The position numbers and the translations under genes were made by a program. Below, in pieces: positions 49,667 through 59,879 of a DNA stretch of 64,000 bases. Each line of letters starts with the position of its first letter. Position 1 is the first letter of the stretch. The stretch is from Flavobacteriia bacterium (GTDB lineage: Bacteria > Bacteroidota > Bacteroidia > Flavobacteriales_D > Crocinitomicaceae), in NCBI GenBank assembly GCA_009924735.1, contig RFQZ01000005.1, positions 25,533 through 89,532 of the forward strand, in the 5' to 3' direction. The notes under the pieces were generated by a model. That model was given only the letters and a program-made list of their open reading frames with translations. It was not told where the DNA came from and ran no database searches.

Positions 49667-51737
49667 CGACAAGCAACCCATGGTGATTCGTGCCTATGCC
49701 TTGTACTTTGGATTTGTACTGGTCATGGGTGTGGTGTTGTATAAAACCATTATGCTTCAGGTTTCTACCGATGAGGTCGATGTGCCTGTGCGACTTAAAG
49801 ACCGTTTCCCAAGGATGGGCGAAATCTTGGATGCGAACATGAGTCCCCTCTTAACCTCTGTTACGTATTACGACATTCACATGGATCCAACCGTGGTGGA
49901 ACAAAAAACCTTTGATGAAGAAGTGTCAAACCTTGCAGCAGGGCTTGCGCGGATGTATCCTGAAAAGTCGGGAAGGGCTTATGAAAATGCAATTCGAAGG
50001 GCAAGAGAGGAAGGGGATCGTTACCTGCTGATTCGGAAAAAAGTGACCAACGAAGAGCGAAGGAAAATCAACGAATTACCCATTTTCAACCTTGGGAGAA
50101 TGAAAGGAGGGATTGTTGACAATGAAGAAACCAGCATACGAAAAGCTCCGAATGGAATTCTGTTAAAAAGGACCCTTGGATATTATCGAAAGGACCAGAA
50201 GTTGGAAGTGGGGCTCGAAGGAGCTTATCATGCATACCTTGAAGGGGAAGCGGGAAAAGAAATTGAACAAAAAATAACCACTGGATGGAAAAAAACAGGT
50301 CGCTACATCAAAGAGCCCGTTGAAGGCGCTGACATCGTAACTACGTTCGACAAAGAAATTCAAGAGGTTGCACACTCTGAGCTTGAGCGCCAATTGCGCG
50401 ATATGAATGCAGAAAGTGGTACGGTTATTTTGATGGAAGTAGCTACGGGTCATGTCAAAGCAATGGTGAATCTTGACATGGATAAAAATGGAAATTTCTC
50501 TGAAAAATACAACCACGCAGTAGGTTCGCGTGAAGTGCCGGGTTCTACCTTCAAGTTGGCGTCCATTATGGCTGGATTGGAAGATGGAAAGTTTAAAATC
50601 ACCGATAAGGTCAATGCTGTGGGTGTTTACAACCTATATGCCCGAAAGTTAACGGATTCAAACCATGGATTGGGCTACGGAACGATTACCATCCAAACGG
50701 CTTTTGAACAATCTTCCAATGTCATTGCTGCCTTGATGAACCGTTCGTATAAAAACGATCCGAAAGCTTTTCTAGATCGCTTGGAAGATTTTGGGGTTAC
50801 AGAACCTTTGGGCATCGAAATATCGGGTGAATTGCCTCCGAAATTTTACAAGCCAGGCGATGATGGTTGGTCTCGCTATTCCATTCCTTGGATGTCGATC
50901 GGGTATGAGTACCAACAAACGCCGCTACAAACCTGTGCTTTCTACAATGCGGTTGCAAACAATGGGACTTTCTTACGCCCCCTCTTTGTTAAAGAAATCC
51001 GCCGATCAGGAAAAGTGATCAAATCCTTTGAACCGGTCGTGCTTAGAAAAAAAATATGCTCAGATCAAACATTGAAAATCATGCAGAATTGCTTGAAAGG
51101 TGTCATGGTTAGGGGGACGGGTAAAAGATTGATTTCCTCGCAGTTCAAAATTGCGGGTAAGACAGGTACGGCCAAATTGCCAAGTAAAAACAAAACCTTC
51201 CTATCGGAATCTGAAAGTGATTTCCAAGCTTCCTTTGCAGGTTATTTTCCGGCAAACGATCCAAAGTACACCTGCGTTGTTGTCATCACCCGTCCAAAAA
51301 ATGAAAAGTATGGTGCCGTTGTGTCTGGAACGGTCTTCGCAGCCATCGCCAATAAGATCTATGCCTCTAATCTTGATTACCACAAAGCCATCAATGAAAG
51401 AAAGCCTTTGGCAATGGAATTCCCGACGGTAAAAAATGGATACCACAAAGACATCACCATAGCCTTGAAAAAATTGGGAATTCGTTACCAATTAAACAGT
51501 GAGTCGCAGTGGTTACAAACAGAAAAAAACCAACAAAATGTTTTCTTGAATGCCCTGAAAGTGAAAAAAGGAACGGTTCCTAATGTCATCGGAATGTGCG
51601 CTAAAGATGCGGTTTACTTGCTGGAAAGCGAAGGAATGTCTGTCAAATTAAAAGGCTATGGCAAGGTTACACAACAAAGCATACTTGCAGGAACCAATGT
51701 GTACAAAGGGGGCGTTGTAAAATTAATTTTGGAATGA
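49659..51737 (+). CDS. ftsI: Peptidoglycan D,D-transpeptidase FtsI (PBP3) with a C-terminal PASTA domain
   Basis: N-terminal TM, SxxK (GSTFKL), SSN, KTGTA. The last ~65 aa are PASTA-like (VPNVIGMCAKDAVYLLESEGMSVKLKG). Confidence 0.9.
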   Translation: MSNDKQPMVIRAYALYFGFVLVMGVVLYKTIMLQVSTDEVDVPVRLKDRFPRMGEILDANMSPLLTSVTYYDIHMDPTVVEQKTFDEEVSNLAAGLARMYPEKSGRAYENAIRRAREEGDRYLLIRKKVTNEERRKINELPIFNLGRMKGGIVDNEETSIRKAPNGILLKRTLGYYRKDQKLEVGLEGAYHAYLEGEAGKEIEQKITTGWKKTGRYIKEPVEGADIVTTFDKEIQEVAHSELERQLRDMNAESGTVILMEVATGHVKAMVNLDMDKNGNFSEKYNHAVGSREVPGSTFKLASIMAGLEDGKFKITDKVNAVGVYNLYARKLTDSNHGLGYGTITIQTAFEQSSNVIAALMNRSYKNDPKAFLDRLEDFGVTEPLGIEISGELPPKFYKPGDDGWSRYSIPWMSIGYEYQQTPLQTCAFYNAVANNGTFLRPLFVKEIRRSGKVIKSFEPVVLRKKICSDQTLKIMQNCLKGVMVRGTGKRLISSQFKIAGKTGTAKLPSKNKTFLSESESDFQASFAGYFPANDPKYTCVVVITRPKNEKYGAVVSGTVFAAIANKIYASNLDYHKAINERKPLAMEFPTVKNGYHKDITIALKKLGIRYQLNSESQWLQTEKNQQNVFLNALKVKKGTVPNVIGMCAKDAVYLLESEGMSVKLKGYGKVTQQSILAGTNVYKGGVVKLILE

Positions 51738-53194
51738 AGACCTACGAAGAAATATCAGTTGTGCTTTCGGCGAATGTATCCAACCTAAATCTTGAAGGTA
51801 GGGTGGAGACATTGACCTTTGATTCAAGATCGGCAAAAGAAAAATCTTTGTTTTTTGCGATGGAAGGAACCCATTCTGATGGTCACGATTTTATACAAGC
51901 GGCCTATGAATTAGGTTGTCGGGCAGTCGTGGTCCACAAAGAAGTGGTTTGCCCTTCAGACATGACTGTGTTTCAAGTGCTAAATACCCGTGATGCGTTT
52001 GCCATTGCATCCTGTGAATGGCATAACCACCCATCCAAAAAATTGAAACTTATTGGCGTTACGGGGACCAATGGAAAAACGACAACCACCACCTTGCTTT
52101 TCAATCTTTTCACAAGTTTGGGTTTTAAATGTGGCTTGCTTTCAACGGTCGTAAATAAAATTGGCAACCGCGACATCGTGTCAACCCATACCACGCCGAA
52201 TGCATTCGATTTGAATCAGTTGTTGGATGAAATGGTGGTTGAAGGTTGTGCCTATTGTTTTATGGAAGTCAGTTCCCATGCCATCCACCAAGCGAGGGTG
52301 TTGGGATTGAATTTTGCCGGTGGTGTTTTCACGAACATAACCCACGACCATTTGGACTACCACAATACTTTTTCGGAATACATTTCCGTTAAAAAAGCAT
52401 TTTTTGATTCCCTTCAGGGCGATGCCTTTGCGCTTACCAATGTCGATGACAAAAATGGGATGGTCATGCTCCAGAATACAAAGGCGAAGACATACACGTA
52501 TGGGCTAACCAAAATGGCAGACTACAAAGGGGTCGTTTTGGAAAATGAGCTTACCGGATTGTTGCTAAAAATCAACCAATATGAAGTTCATTCTCAATTG
52601 ATTGGAAAATTTAACGCATCGAATTTATTGGCTGTTTTTGGGGTGGCCAATCTTCTTGGTTTTCAGGAATTAGAGGTGCTGCAAGCCATGTCGTCCCTGC
52701 AATCGGTGGATGGAAGGTTTCAGTTTTTTACAAGCACCGAGAAGGTTACCGTCGTGGTTGATTATGCGCATACGCCTGACGCCTTAGAGAATGTGCTAAA
52801 AACCATCGCGCTGTTTCATAAAGAAAATCAAAAGGTCATTACCCTGGTGGGGTGTGGTGGTGATCGCGACAAAGACAAACGCCCAGAAATGGCGAAAATC
52901 GCACAAAAATTTAGTACCCAAGTTATTTTGACTTCAGACAATCCACGCACAGAAAACCCAGAAGTCATCTTACAAGAAATGAATGCAGGGATTGATGTGA
53001 ATCTGCCGATTCCTGTATTGATGATATCAGACAGAAAACAAGCAATCCAAACCGCCTCATTGCTTGCGCAGAAAGGAGACATCGTGCTGATTGCGGGAAA
53101 AGGACATGAGAAATACCAAGAGATAGCCGGAGTTAAACACCCCTTTGATGATTTTGAAAACGCAGTACATTTTTTTAATAAAACCAAATCTTAA
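51734..53194 (+). CDS. murE: UDP-N-acetylmuramoyl-L-alanyl-D-glutamate--2,6-diaminopimelate ligase
   Basis: GVTGTNGKTTTT P-loop, DYAHTPDAL, and the DNPR motif (TSDNPRTE) typical of DAP-adding MurE. Confidence 0.92.
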   Translation: MKTYEEISVVLSANVSNLNLEGRVETLTFDSRSAKEKSLFFAMEGTHSDGHDFIQAAYELGCRAVVVHKEVVCPSDMTVFQVLNTRDAFAIASCEWHNHPSKKLKLIGVTGTNGKTTTTTLLFNLFTSLGFKCGLLSTVVNKIGNRDIVSTHTTPNAFDLNQLLDEMVVEGCAYCFMEVSSHAIHQARVLGLNFAGGVFTNITHDHLDYHNTFSEYISVKKAFFDSLQGDAFALTNVDDKNGMVMLQNTKAKTYTYGLTKMADYKGVVLENELTGLLLKINQYEVHSQLIGKFNASNLLAVFGVANLLGFQELEVLQAMSSLQSVDGRFQFFTSTEKVTVVVDYAHTPDALENVLKTIALFHKENQKVITLVGCGGDRDKDKRPEMAKIAQKFSTQVILTSDNPRTENPEVILQEMNAGIDVNLPIPVLMISDRKQAIQTASLLAQKGDIVLIAGKGHEKYQEIAGVKHPFDDFENAVHFFNKTKS

Positions 53195-53197
53195 ATT

Positions 53198-54442
53198 ATG
53201 CTCTACTACCTTTTTAATTTTTTAGACACGTACAATTTTCCAGGTGCTGGATTGTTCGATTTCATTTCCTTTCGCGCCTCAATGGCCCTTATCCTTTCAC
53301 TGATTATTTCCATTGTGATTGGTAAAAAACTCATTCAAAAACTCCGCAACCAACAAATTGGTGAAACGGTCAGAGACCTTGGGCTTGCAGGACAAATTGA
53401 AAAATCTGGAACGCCAACCATGGGAGGGCTAATCATCCTAATGTCTATTTTGATTCCAACCTTGCTTTTTGCAAAACTGCATAACGTATACGTAATCACC
53501 ATGATCATTGCCACTTTTTGGTTAGGGTTGATTGGTTTCATTGATGACTACATCAAAGTATTCAAGAAAAACAAAGAGGGACTTAAAGGAAGATTCAAAA
53601 TCGTTGGGCAAATTGGTGTGGGAATCATTGTTGGTTCAATCCTTTATTTTTCAAGCGATGTGAAAGTTCACAAGCGAGTAGATTCAGATTATAAATTGGC
53701 AAAAGATGAGTACTTCGTTACGCATCAACATGTCCAAGAAAAAAACGAAAAGTTTAAATGGATTGCTACCGATGACATGACCACTACCATTCCATTCATC
53801 AAGGGAAATGAATTTAATTACAATTGGCTCATTGGCGATTCTAACAAATCCTATGGATGGTTGCTTTTTATTCCCATCGTGATTTTCATTGTGATTTCAG
53901 TTTCCAATGGAGCAAACATGACCGATGGCTTGGATGGTTTGGCAACCGGAACCTCTGCCATTGTTGGACTTGCACTTGCCGTTTTTGCCTACATAAGTTC
54001 CAATGCGCGCTTTGCCGATTACCTCAATGTCATGTACATTCCAATGGCTGAAGAATCGGTGATTTTTATTGCCGCTTTCGTGGGTGCCTGCATTGGATTT
54101 CTTTGGTACAACTCCTATCCCGCCCAAGTTTTCATGGGTGATACAGGCAGTCTTGCCCTCGGAGGAATCATTGCCGTATTTGCCATTTCAATCCGAAAGG
54201 AACTGCTCATTCCTGTCCTATGCGGCGTTTTTCTCATTGAGAACCTGTCCGTTATGCTGCAAGTGGGATATTTTAAATACACCAAAAAAGCATTCGGGCA
54301 AGGCAGGCGGATTTTCCTCATGGCGCCCCTTCATCACCATTACCAGAAAAAAGGAATGCATGAATCCAAGATTGTATCTAGGTTTTGGATTGTGGCCATT
54401 TTACTCGCAGTGGTAAGCATTGTTACCTTGAAATTAAGATAG
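53198..54442 (+). CDS. mraY: Phospho-N-acetylmuramoyl-pentapeptide transferase
   Basis: [37 protein letters not shown]. Confidence 0.95.
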   Translation: MLYYLFNFLDTYNFPGAGLFDFISFRASMALILSLIISIVIGKKLIQKLRNQQIGETVRDLGLAGQIEKSGTPTMGGLIILMSILIPTLLFAKLHNVYVITMIIATFWLGLIGFIDDYIKVFKKNKEGLKGRFKIVGQIGVGIIVGSILYFSSDVKVHKRVDSDYKLAKDEYFVTHQHVQEKNEKFKWIATDDMTTTIPFIKGNEFNYNWLIGDSNKSYGWLLFIPIVIFIVISVSNGANMTDGLDGLATGTSAIVGLALAVFAYISSNARFADYLNVMYIPMAEESVIFIAAFVGACIGFLWYNSYPAQVFMGDTGSLALGGIIAVFAISIRKELLIPVLCGVFLIENLSVMLQVGYFKYTKKAFGQGRRIFLMAPLHHHYQKKGMHESKIVSRFWIVAILLAVVSIVTLKLR

Positions 54443-54444
54443 TA

Positions 54445-55788
54445 TTGTTTGAAACTGTAAAAAATATCGTCGTCTTGGGCGCTGCGGAAAGCGGTGTCGG
54501 TGCTGCCATTTTAGCCAAAATGAAGGGTTTTGAGGTATTCGTTTCCGACAACGGGGCTTTGAAGCCATCTGCCATACTGGAGTTGGAAACCTACCAAATT
54601 CCGTATGAAGGGAATGGGCATTCCTTGGAAAAAATCCTTCTCGCAGATCTCGTTGTAAAATCTCCGGGCATTCCAAACCATGTACCTGTTATCGTCGCCC
54701 TAAAAGAAAAAGGCATTTCCGTGATTTCTGAAATAGAATTTGCCCAACCCTTTTCCAAAGGTAAAACCATATGCATTACAGGTAGCAACGGAAAAACCAC
54801 CACCACGCTTTGGATTCACCACATCTTAAAAAAGGCCGGGTTGAACGTTGGGCTGGCAGGCAATGTTGGTCATAGCTATGCGAAGCAAGTGGCCCTAGAC
54901 GACCAAGATTATTTTGTTTTGGAGCTGAGCTCCTTTCAATTGGATGACATGTTTGAATTTAAAGCGGACATCGCAATCCTTACCAACATTTCTCCAGATC
55001 ATTTGGATCGCTACGATTACAAAATGGAAAAATATGTAGCAGCTAAGTTTCGCATCCTCCAAAACATGGACGAAGAAGGGTGTTTCATTTACAACGCGGA
55101 TGATGAAACCATTTTACAGACCCTAAACGAAACCAAAACCCCTGCCATCAAAGCCCCTTTCTCCCTTAAAAAAGAAATTGAGTTCGGGGGATTTATTCAC
55201 GATAAACAACTAATCATAAACATAAAACAACAACTAACTATGAACATTCATGACCTCGCCCTTAAAGGCAAACACAACGCGCAAAACGCACTCGCAGCAG
55301 GAATTGCCGCAAGATTATTGGAAATCCGTACCGGATTGGTCCGCGAAAGCCTTATGGATTTTGAAAATGTGGAGCATCGTTTGGAATTCGTCGCCAAAGT
55401 AAATGGCATTGACTTTATAAACGATTCAAAAGCCACCAATGTCAATGCGGCTTGGTATGCACTGGAAAGCATGGAAAATCCTACCGTCTGGATCGTAGGT
55501 GGGGTAGACAAAGGAAATGACTACTCGGAACTCACTTCGATTGTGGCTGAAAAAGTGAAAGCCATTGTTTGTTTAGGAAAAGACAACGAGAAAATCATCG
55601 AAGCATTTTCAACGTTGGTGGATACCATTGTAGAAACTGAAAGCGCTTCAGAAGCTGTGAAATTAGCCAACAAATTGGCATCTAAAAGCGACACAGTATT
55701 GCTTTCGCCTGCTTGTGCAAGTTTTGACCTTTTTGAGAATTATGAAGACCGTGGAAACCAATTTAAAAAAGCGGTTAGAAACTTATAA
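54445..55788 (+). CDS. murD: UDP-N-acetylmuramoylalanine--D-glutamate ligase
   Basis: VVLGAAESGVGAA N-terminus and GSNGKTTT P-loop. I prefer a TTG start at 54445, right after the mraY stop, over the ORF-track ATG at 54385, which would overlap mraY by 58 nt. Confidence 0.9.
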   Translation: MFETVKNIVVLGAAESGVGAAILAKMKGFEVFVSDNGALKPSAILELETYQIPYEGNGHSLEKILLADLVVKSPGIPNHVPVIVALKEKGISVISEIEFAQPFSKGKTICITGSNGKTTTTLWIHHILKKAGLNVGLAGNVGHSYAKQVALDDQDYFVLELSSFQLDDMFEFKADIAILTNISPDHLDRYDYKMEKYVAAKFRILQNMDEEGCFIYNADDETILQTLNETKTPAIKAPFSLKKEIEFGGFIHDKQLIINIKQQLTMNIHDLALKGKHNAQNALAAGIAARLLEIRTGLVRESLMDFENVEHRLEFVAKVNGIDFINDSKATNVNAAWYALESMENPTVWIVGGVDKGNDYSELTSIVAEKVKAIVCLGKDNEKIIEAFSTLVDTIVETESASEAVKLANKLASKSDTVLLSPACASFDLFENYEDRGNQFKKAVRNL

Positions 55789-55793
55789 TTCGA

Positions 55794-56246
55794 ATGGAAA
55801 CTAAAAAGAACAGCCTCGGAAAGGATTTAATTGTCCACCGAAAAGAATCCTTGAAAAAGGCGGCTTTGACCTCAATACAACCCCGGGGAAAGTATTTTGG
55901 ATTTGACGTCTTTACCTGGCTGGATGCACCGGTTGATTCCTTATCGGCGACCTTGAATTCTATGCCTTTTCCCATCCATTGGGTGGTTTCAAGTGCCTAT
56001 TTGAATATCCTTGCAGAGAATGGATTTCAACAGTTTGCCAATGTGGCCAAAGTCTACATTATGGGGGATGCAAATGTGAATTTCTTTCCTGGTGATTTTG
56101 TCGTTTGCCACGACATTAAAGAAGTGATTTCCTATGAAGAACTGGGCCAGACACGTGGCGCATTGATTCTTACGTTGATGGGTTCAGAAGGTCTGGATAC
56201 CATAAATGAATTGTGCTATTACCTGAAAGCGATACAAGGCCAATGA
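55794..56246 (+). CDS. Hypothetical protein inserted between murD and ftsW (no family recognised)
   Basis: 150-codon ORF in an AT-rich genome. It starts 5 nt after the murD stop and ends in an ATGA overlap with the ftsW start. No TM helix and no signal peptide. Confidence 0.6.
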   Translation: METKKNSLGKDLIVHRKESLKKAALTSIQPRGKYFGFDVFTWLDAPVDSLSATLNSMPFPIHWVVSSAYLNILAENGFQQFANVAKVYIMGDANVNFFPGDFVVCHDIKEVISYEELGQTRGALILTLMGSEGLDTINELCYYLKAIQGQ

Positions 56247-57406
56247 AAACCTTCCTCCAAAAATACCTTAAAGGTGACATGGTTATTTGGGTGATTACCC
56301 TGCTGCTTTTGGCATTGTCCATAGTTACCGTATACAGTTTTGTTCCCATCTTAGTGAAAATGGAGGGAAGTACACCCTTTCACTACCTAATCAAACATTT
56401 TATTTATGTAGTCTTGGGTTTTATGAGCATCTACTTTATCCATCGTTTGGATTCAAAATACATTTCCCAGATTGCTAAATTCAGCTACTACTTCTCAATA
56501 GCCTTGCTAATTTTCACCTTTTTCTTTGGAAAAGAAGTGAATGGGGCAGGACGTTGGGTCGCCATTCCTTTGATTGGCATCACTTTTCAATCCTCCGATT
56601 TGGCCAAACTCGCCTTATTTTTGTATTTATCGAAATTACTCGTCCGCAATAAACCTTTCCTGAATGATTGGAAAAAAGGAATCCTTCCGCTGATGGTACC
56701 CATTGTGGTGATTTGCGCATTGATTTTTAAAGACAACTTATCCACTGCCTTACTCCTTTTTGCACTTTCCATGACCATTCTTTTTATTGGACAGGTTCCA
56801 TTCTCAAAATTGTTGACCATGGCAATGGCGGGTGTTTTATTGTTGGTTTTTGCCATTGGGGTGCATACCGCACTCCCTCAATTAAACCTTCTCCCGCGGC
56901 TTGAAACATGGAAAAATCGGATGACCAATAAAATCGGGACCGATCAAAATGTTTTGGAAAATGCACAGGCCTTGGATGCCAGGCGCGCCATCCATTCGGG
57001 TTCATTTACAGGTCAAGGGGTCGGTGATGGAAAACTAAAAGAATACATCCCTGAAGCATACGCTGATTTTTATTACGCAAGCTTTGTAGAAGAATTTGGA
57101 TCCGTGTTCGCCATCATACTCATTTTTATGTACCTCGTACTGCTGCATCGCATCATACGCATTGGACTGAAGTCAACAAGTCTTTTTGAGACCTATGTTT
57201 GCATGGCCATCGGACTGCATTTGCTGTCCCAAGCGAGCATCAACATGTTGGTGTGTACAGGGGTTTTTCCTGTAACAGGACAAAACATGCCTTTTTTGGC
57301 AATGGGAGGTTCGGCACTCATCATGGCATGTGTGTCCATTGGCATTGTTCAATCGTTCGCTGTAAAACAAAATGCAGTTAAGAACCAAGAAAATCAAGCG
57401 TCATGA
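56243..57406 (+). CDS. ftsW: Peptidoglycan glycosyltransferase FtsW (SEDS family)
   Basis: About 10 TM helices, with the SEDS motifs GAGRWV..IGITFQSSDLAKL and FPVTGQNMPFLAMGGSA. Start at 56243. Confidence 0.92.
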   Translation: MKTFLQKYLKGDMVIWVITLLLLALSIVTVYSFVPILVKMEGSTPFHYLIKHFIYVVLGFMSIYFIHRLDSKYISQIAKFSYYFSIALLIFTFFFGKEVNGAGRWVAIPLIGITFQSSDLAKLALFLYLSKLLVRNKPFLNDWKKGILPLMVPIVVICALIFKDNLSTALLLFALSMTILFIGQVPFSKLLTMAMAGVLLLVFAIGVHTALPQLNLLPRLETWKNRMTNKIGTDQNVLENAQALDARRAIHSGSFTGQGVGDGKLKEYIPEAYADFYYASFVEEFGSVFAIILIFMYLVLLHRIIRIGLKSTSLFETYVCMAIGLHLLSQASINMLVCTGVFPVTGQNMPFLAMGGSALIMACVSIGIVQSFAVKQNAVKNQENQAS

Positions 57407-58500
57407 CAGTAAAGCGTGTAATTATCTCAGGAGGCGGAACCGGTGGACATGTCTATCCAGCCCTAGCCATTGCAGAAGAATTGAAAAACACCTTCCCAAA
57501 CATTGAAATCCTTTTCATTGGTGCCATGGGCAGAATGGAAATGGAAAAAGTTCCCGCGGCAGGATTTAAAATTCAAGGACTTAAAATTGCCGGGTTTAAT
57601 CGCTCAAAACCATGGAAAAACATCGGATTGCCGTGGAAAATATTCTCAAGTCTCTGGGATGCAAGAAAAATCATCACCGCATTTCAACCTGAATTGGTGA
57701 TTGGCGTAGGGGGATATGCCAGTGGTCCAACCCTAAAAATGGCCAATTGGTTGAAAATACCCACCGTTATTCAAGAGCAAAATTCCCTTCCAGGAAAAAC
57801 AAATTTACTCCTTGCGAAAAAAGCCAAAGCCATCTGCGTTGCTTACGAAAACATGGATCGTTACTTTCCCAAAGATAAAATTTACCTAACAGGGAACCCT
57901 GTTCGACAAGACATCCTTGATTTGGCGTCAAAAAAAGACATGGGATTGGAATACTACCACCTAAAACGCAGTAAAAAAACAGTTTTGGTTATGGGCGGAA
58001 GTCTCGGAGCAAGGACCTTGAACCAAGCCATGAAAAATCATTTTGAAACCATCGAAACATTATCAGATGTTCAATTTCTTTGGCAGTGTGGCAAGGTGTA
58101 TCATCAAGAATTGGCGTCGTTAAGCTTGCCGGAAAATGTTGTGCTTCGACCTTTCTTGGATCGCATGGATTTGGCATATGCTGCAGCTGATTTTCTGGTT
58201 TCAAGGGCTGGAGCGACTTCAATTTCGGAATTGGCCATCGTAGGCAAACCTTGTGTTTTGGTTCCATCGCCCAATGTGTCCGAAGACCACCAAACTAAAA
58301 ATGCAGAAGCATTGTCTACGAAAAATGCAGCCATTCTCCTCAAAGATGCAGATGCCACCGCAGAATTGATCAAGGTGCTAAAAAGCACCTTGGAGGACGA
58401 AGACCAGCTTGCGTTGTTGGCTTCGGAAATACGTAAACTGAGCCTACCCAATGCCACCAAAGAAATTGTGCAAATTTGTTTGAATCAACTGAAAAAATGA
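57403..58500 (+). CDS. murG: UDP-N-acetylglucosamine--N-acetylmuramyl-(pentapeptide) pyrophosphoryl-undecaprenol GlcNAc transferase
   Basis: SGGGTGGHVYPALA and the C-terminal SRAGATSISEL...HQTKNA. Confidence 0.95.
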   Translation: MTVKRVIISGGGTGGHVYPALAIAEELKNTFPNIEILFIGAMGRMEMEKVPAAGFKIQGLKIAGFNRSKPWKNIGLPWKIFSSLWDARKIITAFQPELVIGVGGYASGPTLKMANWLKIPTVIQEQNSLPGKTNLLLAKKAKAICVAYENMDRYFPKDKIYLTGNPVRQDILDLASKKDMGLEYYHLKRSKKTVLVMGGSLGARTLNQAMKNHFETIETLSDVQFLWQCGKVYHQELASLSLPENVVLRPFLDRMDLAYAAADFLVSRAGATSISELAIVGKPCVLVPSPNVSEDHQTKNAEALSTKNAAILLKDADATAELIKVLKSTLEDEDQLALLASEIRKLSLPNATKEIVQICLNQLKK

Positions 58501-59879
58501 CAACCCAAAAGACACCTAACAAACACATTTTTTTCATCGGCGTTGGAGGCATAGGCATGTCCGCCGTCGCCAGGTATTTTCTTCATTTTGGTTACAAGGT
58601 ATGGGGCTACGATAAGGTAACAACCGACCTTACAGAAACCCTGGAAAAGGAAGGCGTTTCAGTATCCTACCAAGATGAATGGCTGTCACAGTACGACGCA
58701 TTCACACCAGATACTACAGAGGTGGTATACACACCGGCCATTCCTGAATCCAATGTACTTAGGACCCTGTTTGAACAAAAGGGATTTAAATTGATGAAGC
58801 GCGCAGAGGCACTCGGTACCATTACCCGTATGTCAGACAGTTTATGCGTGGCCGGAACACATGGTAAGTCTACGACATCAGCCATGGTTGCCTACCTTTT
58901 AAGCAATACACAAGACAAATGCAACGCGTTCCTAGGTGCCATTGCTGCCAATTTTAACAGCAACTTTCTCATCCATGAGAAGGCCAGATATACCGTCGTT
59001 GAAGCCGACGAATTTGACCGCTCCTTCCTGCATTTGTCACCCTTTGCATCCATCGTTACCAATGTGGACCCCGATCATCTCGACATTTATGGTACCCACG
59101 ATAAATTTTTTGAAGGATTTCGCCAGTATGCGCTGAAAATCGATCCGAACGGTGTTTTGGTGGTTAAAGAAGGCATTCAACTTCATACCCTTTGTCGACA
59201 AGTGACCTATGCTGTCGAATCGATTTCCGCCACCTATTCTGTCTTTAACATTCGACAAGCGCCTACGGGATGTTTGATTGACATAAGGACACCTCAAGGA
59301 AATTTTTACGATGTCTCCATCGGAATTGCAGGAATACATAATGCGGAGAATGCATTGGCAGCCATTGCGTTGCTACTTGAAATTGGATACAGCCCACAGA
59401 CGTTTTTACCTGCGTTTGAAAATTTTAGAGGACTTAAACGAAGGTTTGAGTGGATTTACCAAGGAAACAACATTCAGTTTATCGACGATTATGCCCACCA
59501 TCCAACCGAAATAAATCGTTTGGTTTCATCACTCAGGGCGCTTTATCCCAATAAGAAACTCATTGGCATTTTTCAACCCCATCTTTTCACGAGAACCCGA
59601 GATTTTGGGGATGATTTTGGTCGAGAATTGGCCCTTTTGGATGAGGTCATACTTTTGCCCATTTATCCCGCTCGAGAAAAACCCATCCAAACCATTGATT
59701 CAGAATGGCTGCTAACAAAAATACCCAATCGAAACAAAATGCTTGTTGACAAAAGCCTTTTGTTGGAGAAAATGAAAGGGGTGCGCGATGCCGTTGTGGT
59801 TTGCATCGGAGCGGGTGACATCGATCGTTTGGTGCTCCCTATCAAAGAAATTTTAGCATTAAATGATACCCAACCATGA
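58497..59879 (+). CDS. murC: UDP-N-acetylmuramate--L-alanine ligase
   Basis: FIGVGGIGMSA, GTHGKSTT, DDYAHHPTE. Start at 58497 (ATGA overlap with murG). Confidence 0.93.
   Translation: MTTQKTPNKHIFFIGVGGIGMSAVARYFLHFGYKVWGYDKVTTDLTETLEKEGVSVSYQDEWLSQYDAFTPDTTEVVYTPAIPESNVLRTLFEQKGFKLMKRAEALGTITRMSDSLCVAGTHGKSTTSAMVAYLLSNTQDKCNAFLGAIAANFNSNFLIHEKARYTVVEADEFDRSFLHLSPFASIVTNVDPDHLDIYGTHDKFFEGFRQYALKIDPNGVLVVKEGIQLHTLCRQVTYAVESISATYSVFNIRQAPTGCLIDIRTPQGNFYDVSIGIAGIHNAENALAAIALLLEIGYSPQTFLPAFENFRGLKRRFEWIYQGNNIQFIDDYAHHPTEINRLVSSLRALYPNKKLIGIFQPHLFTRTRDFGDDFGRELALLDEVILLPIYPAREKPIQTIDSEWLLTKIPNRNKMLVDKSLLLEKMKGVRDAVVVCIGAGDIDRLVLPIKEILALNDTQP

Noticed and set aside
54385-54444. ATG at 54385 as the murD start (58-nt overlap with mraY)
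   Set aside because: The extension ([20 protein letters not shown]) is unlike any MurD N-terminus. A TTG at 54445, directly after the mraY stop, gives the expected short lead into VVLGAAESG.
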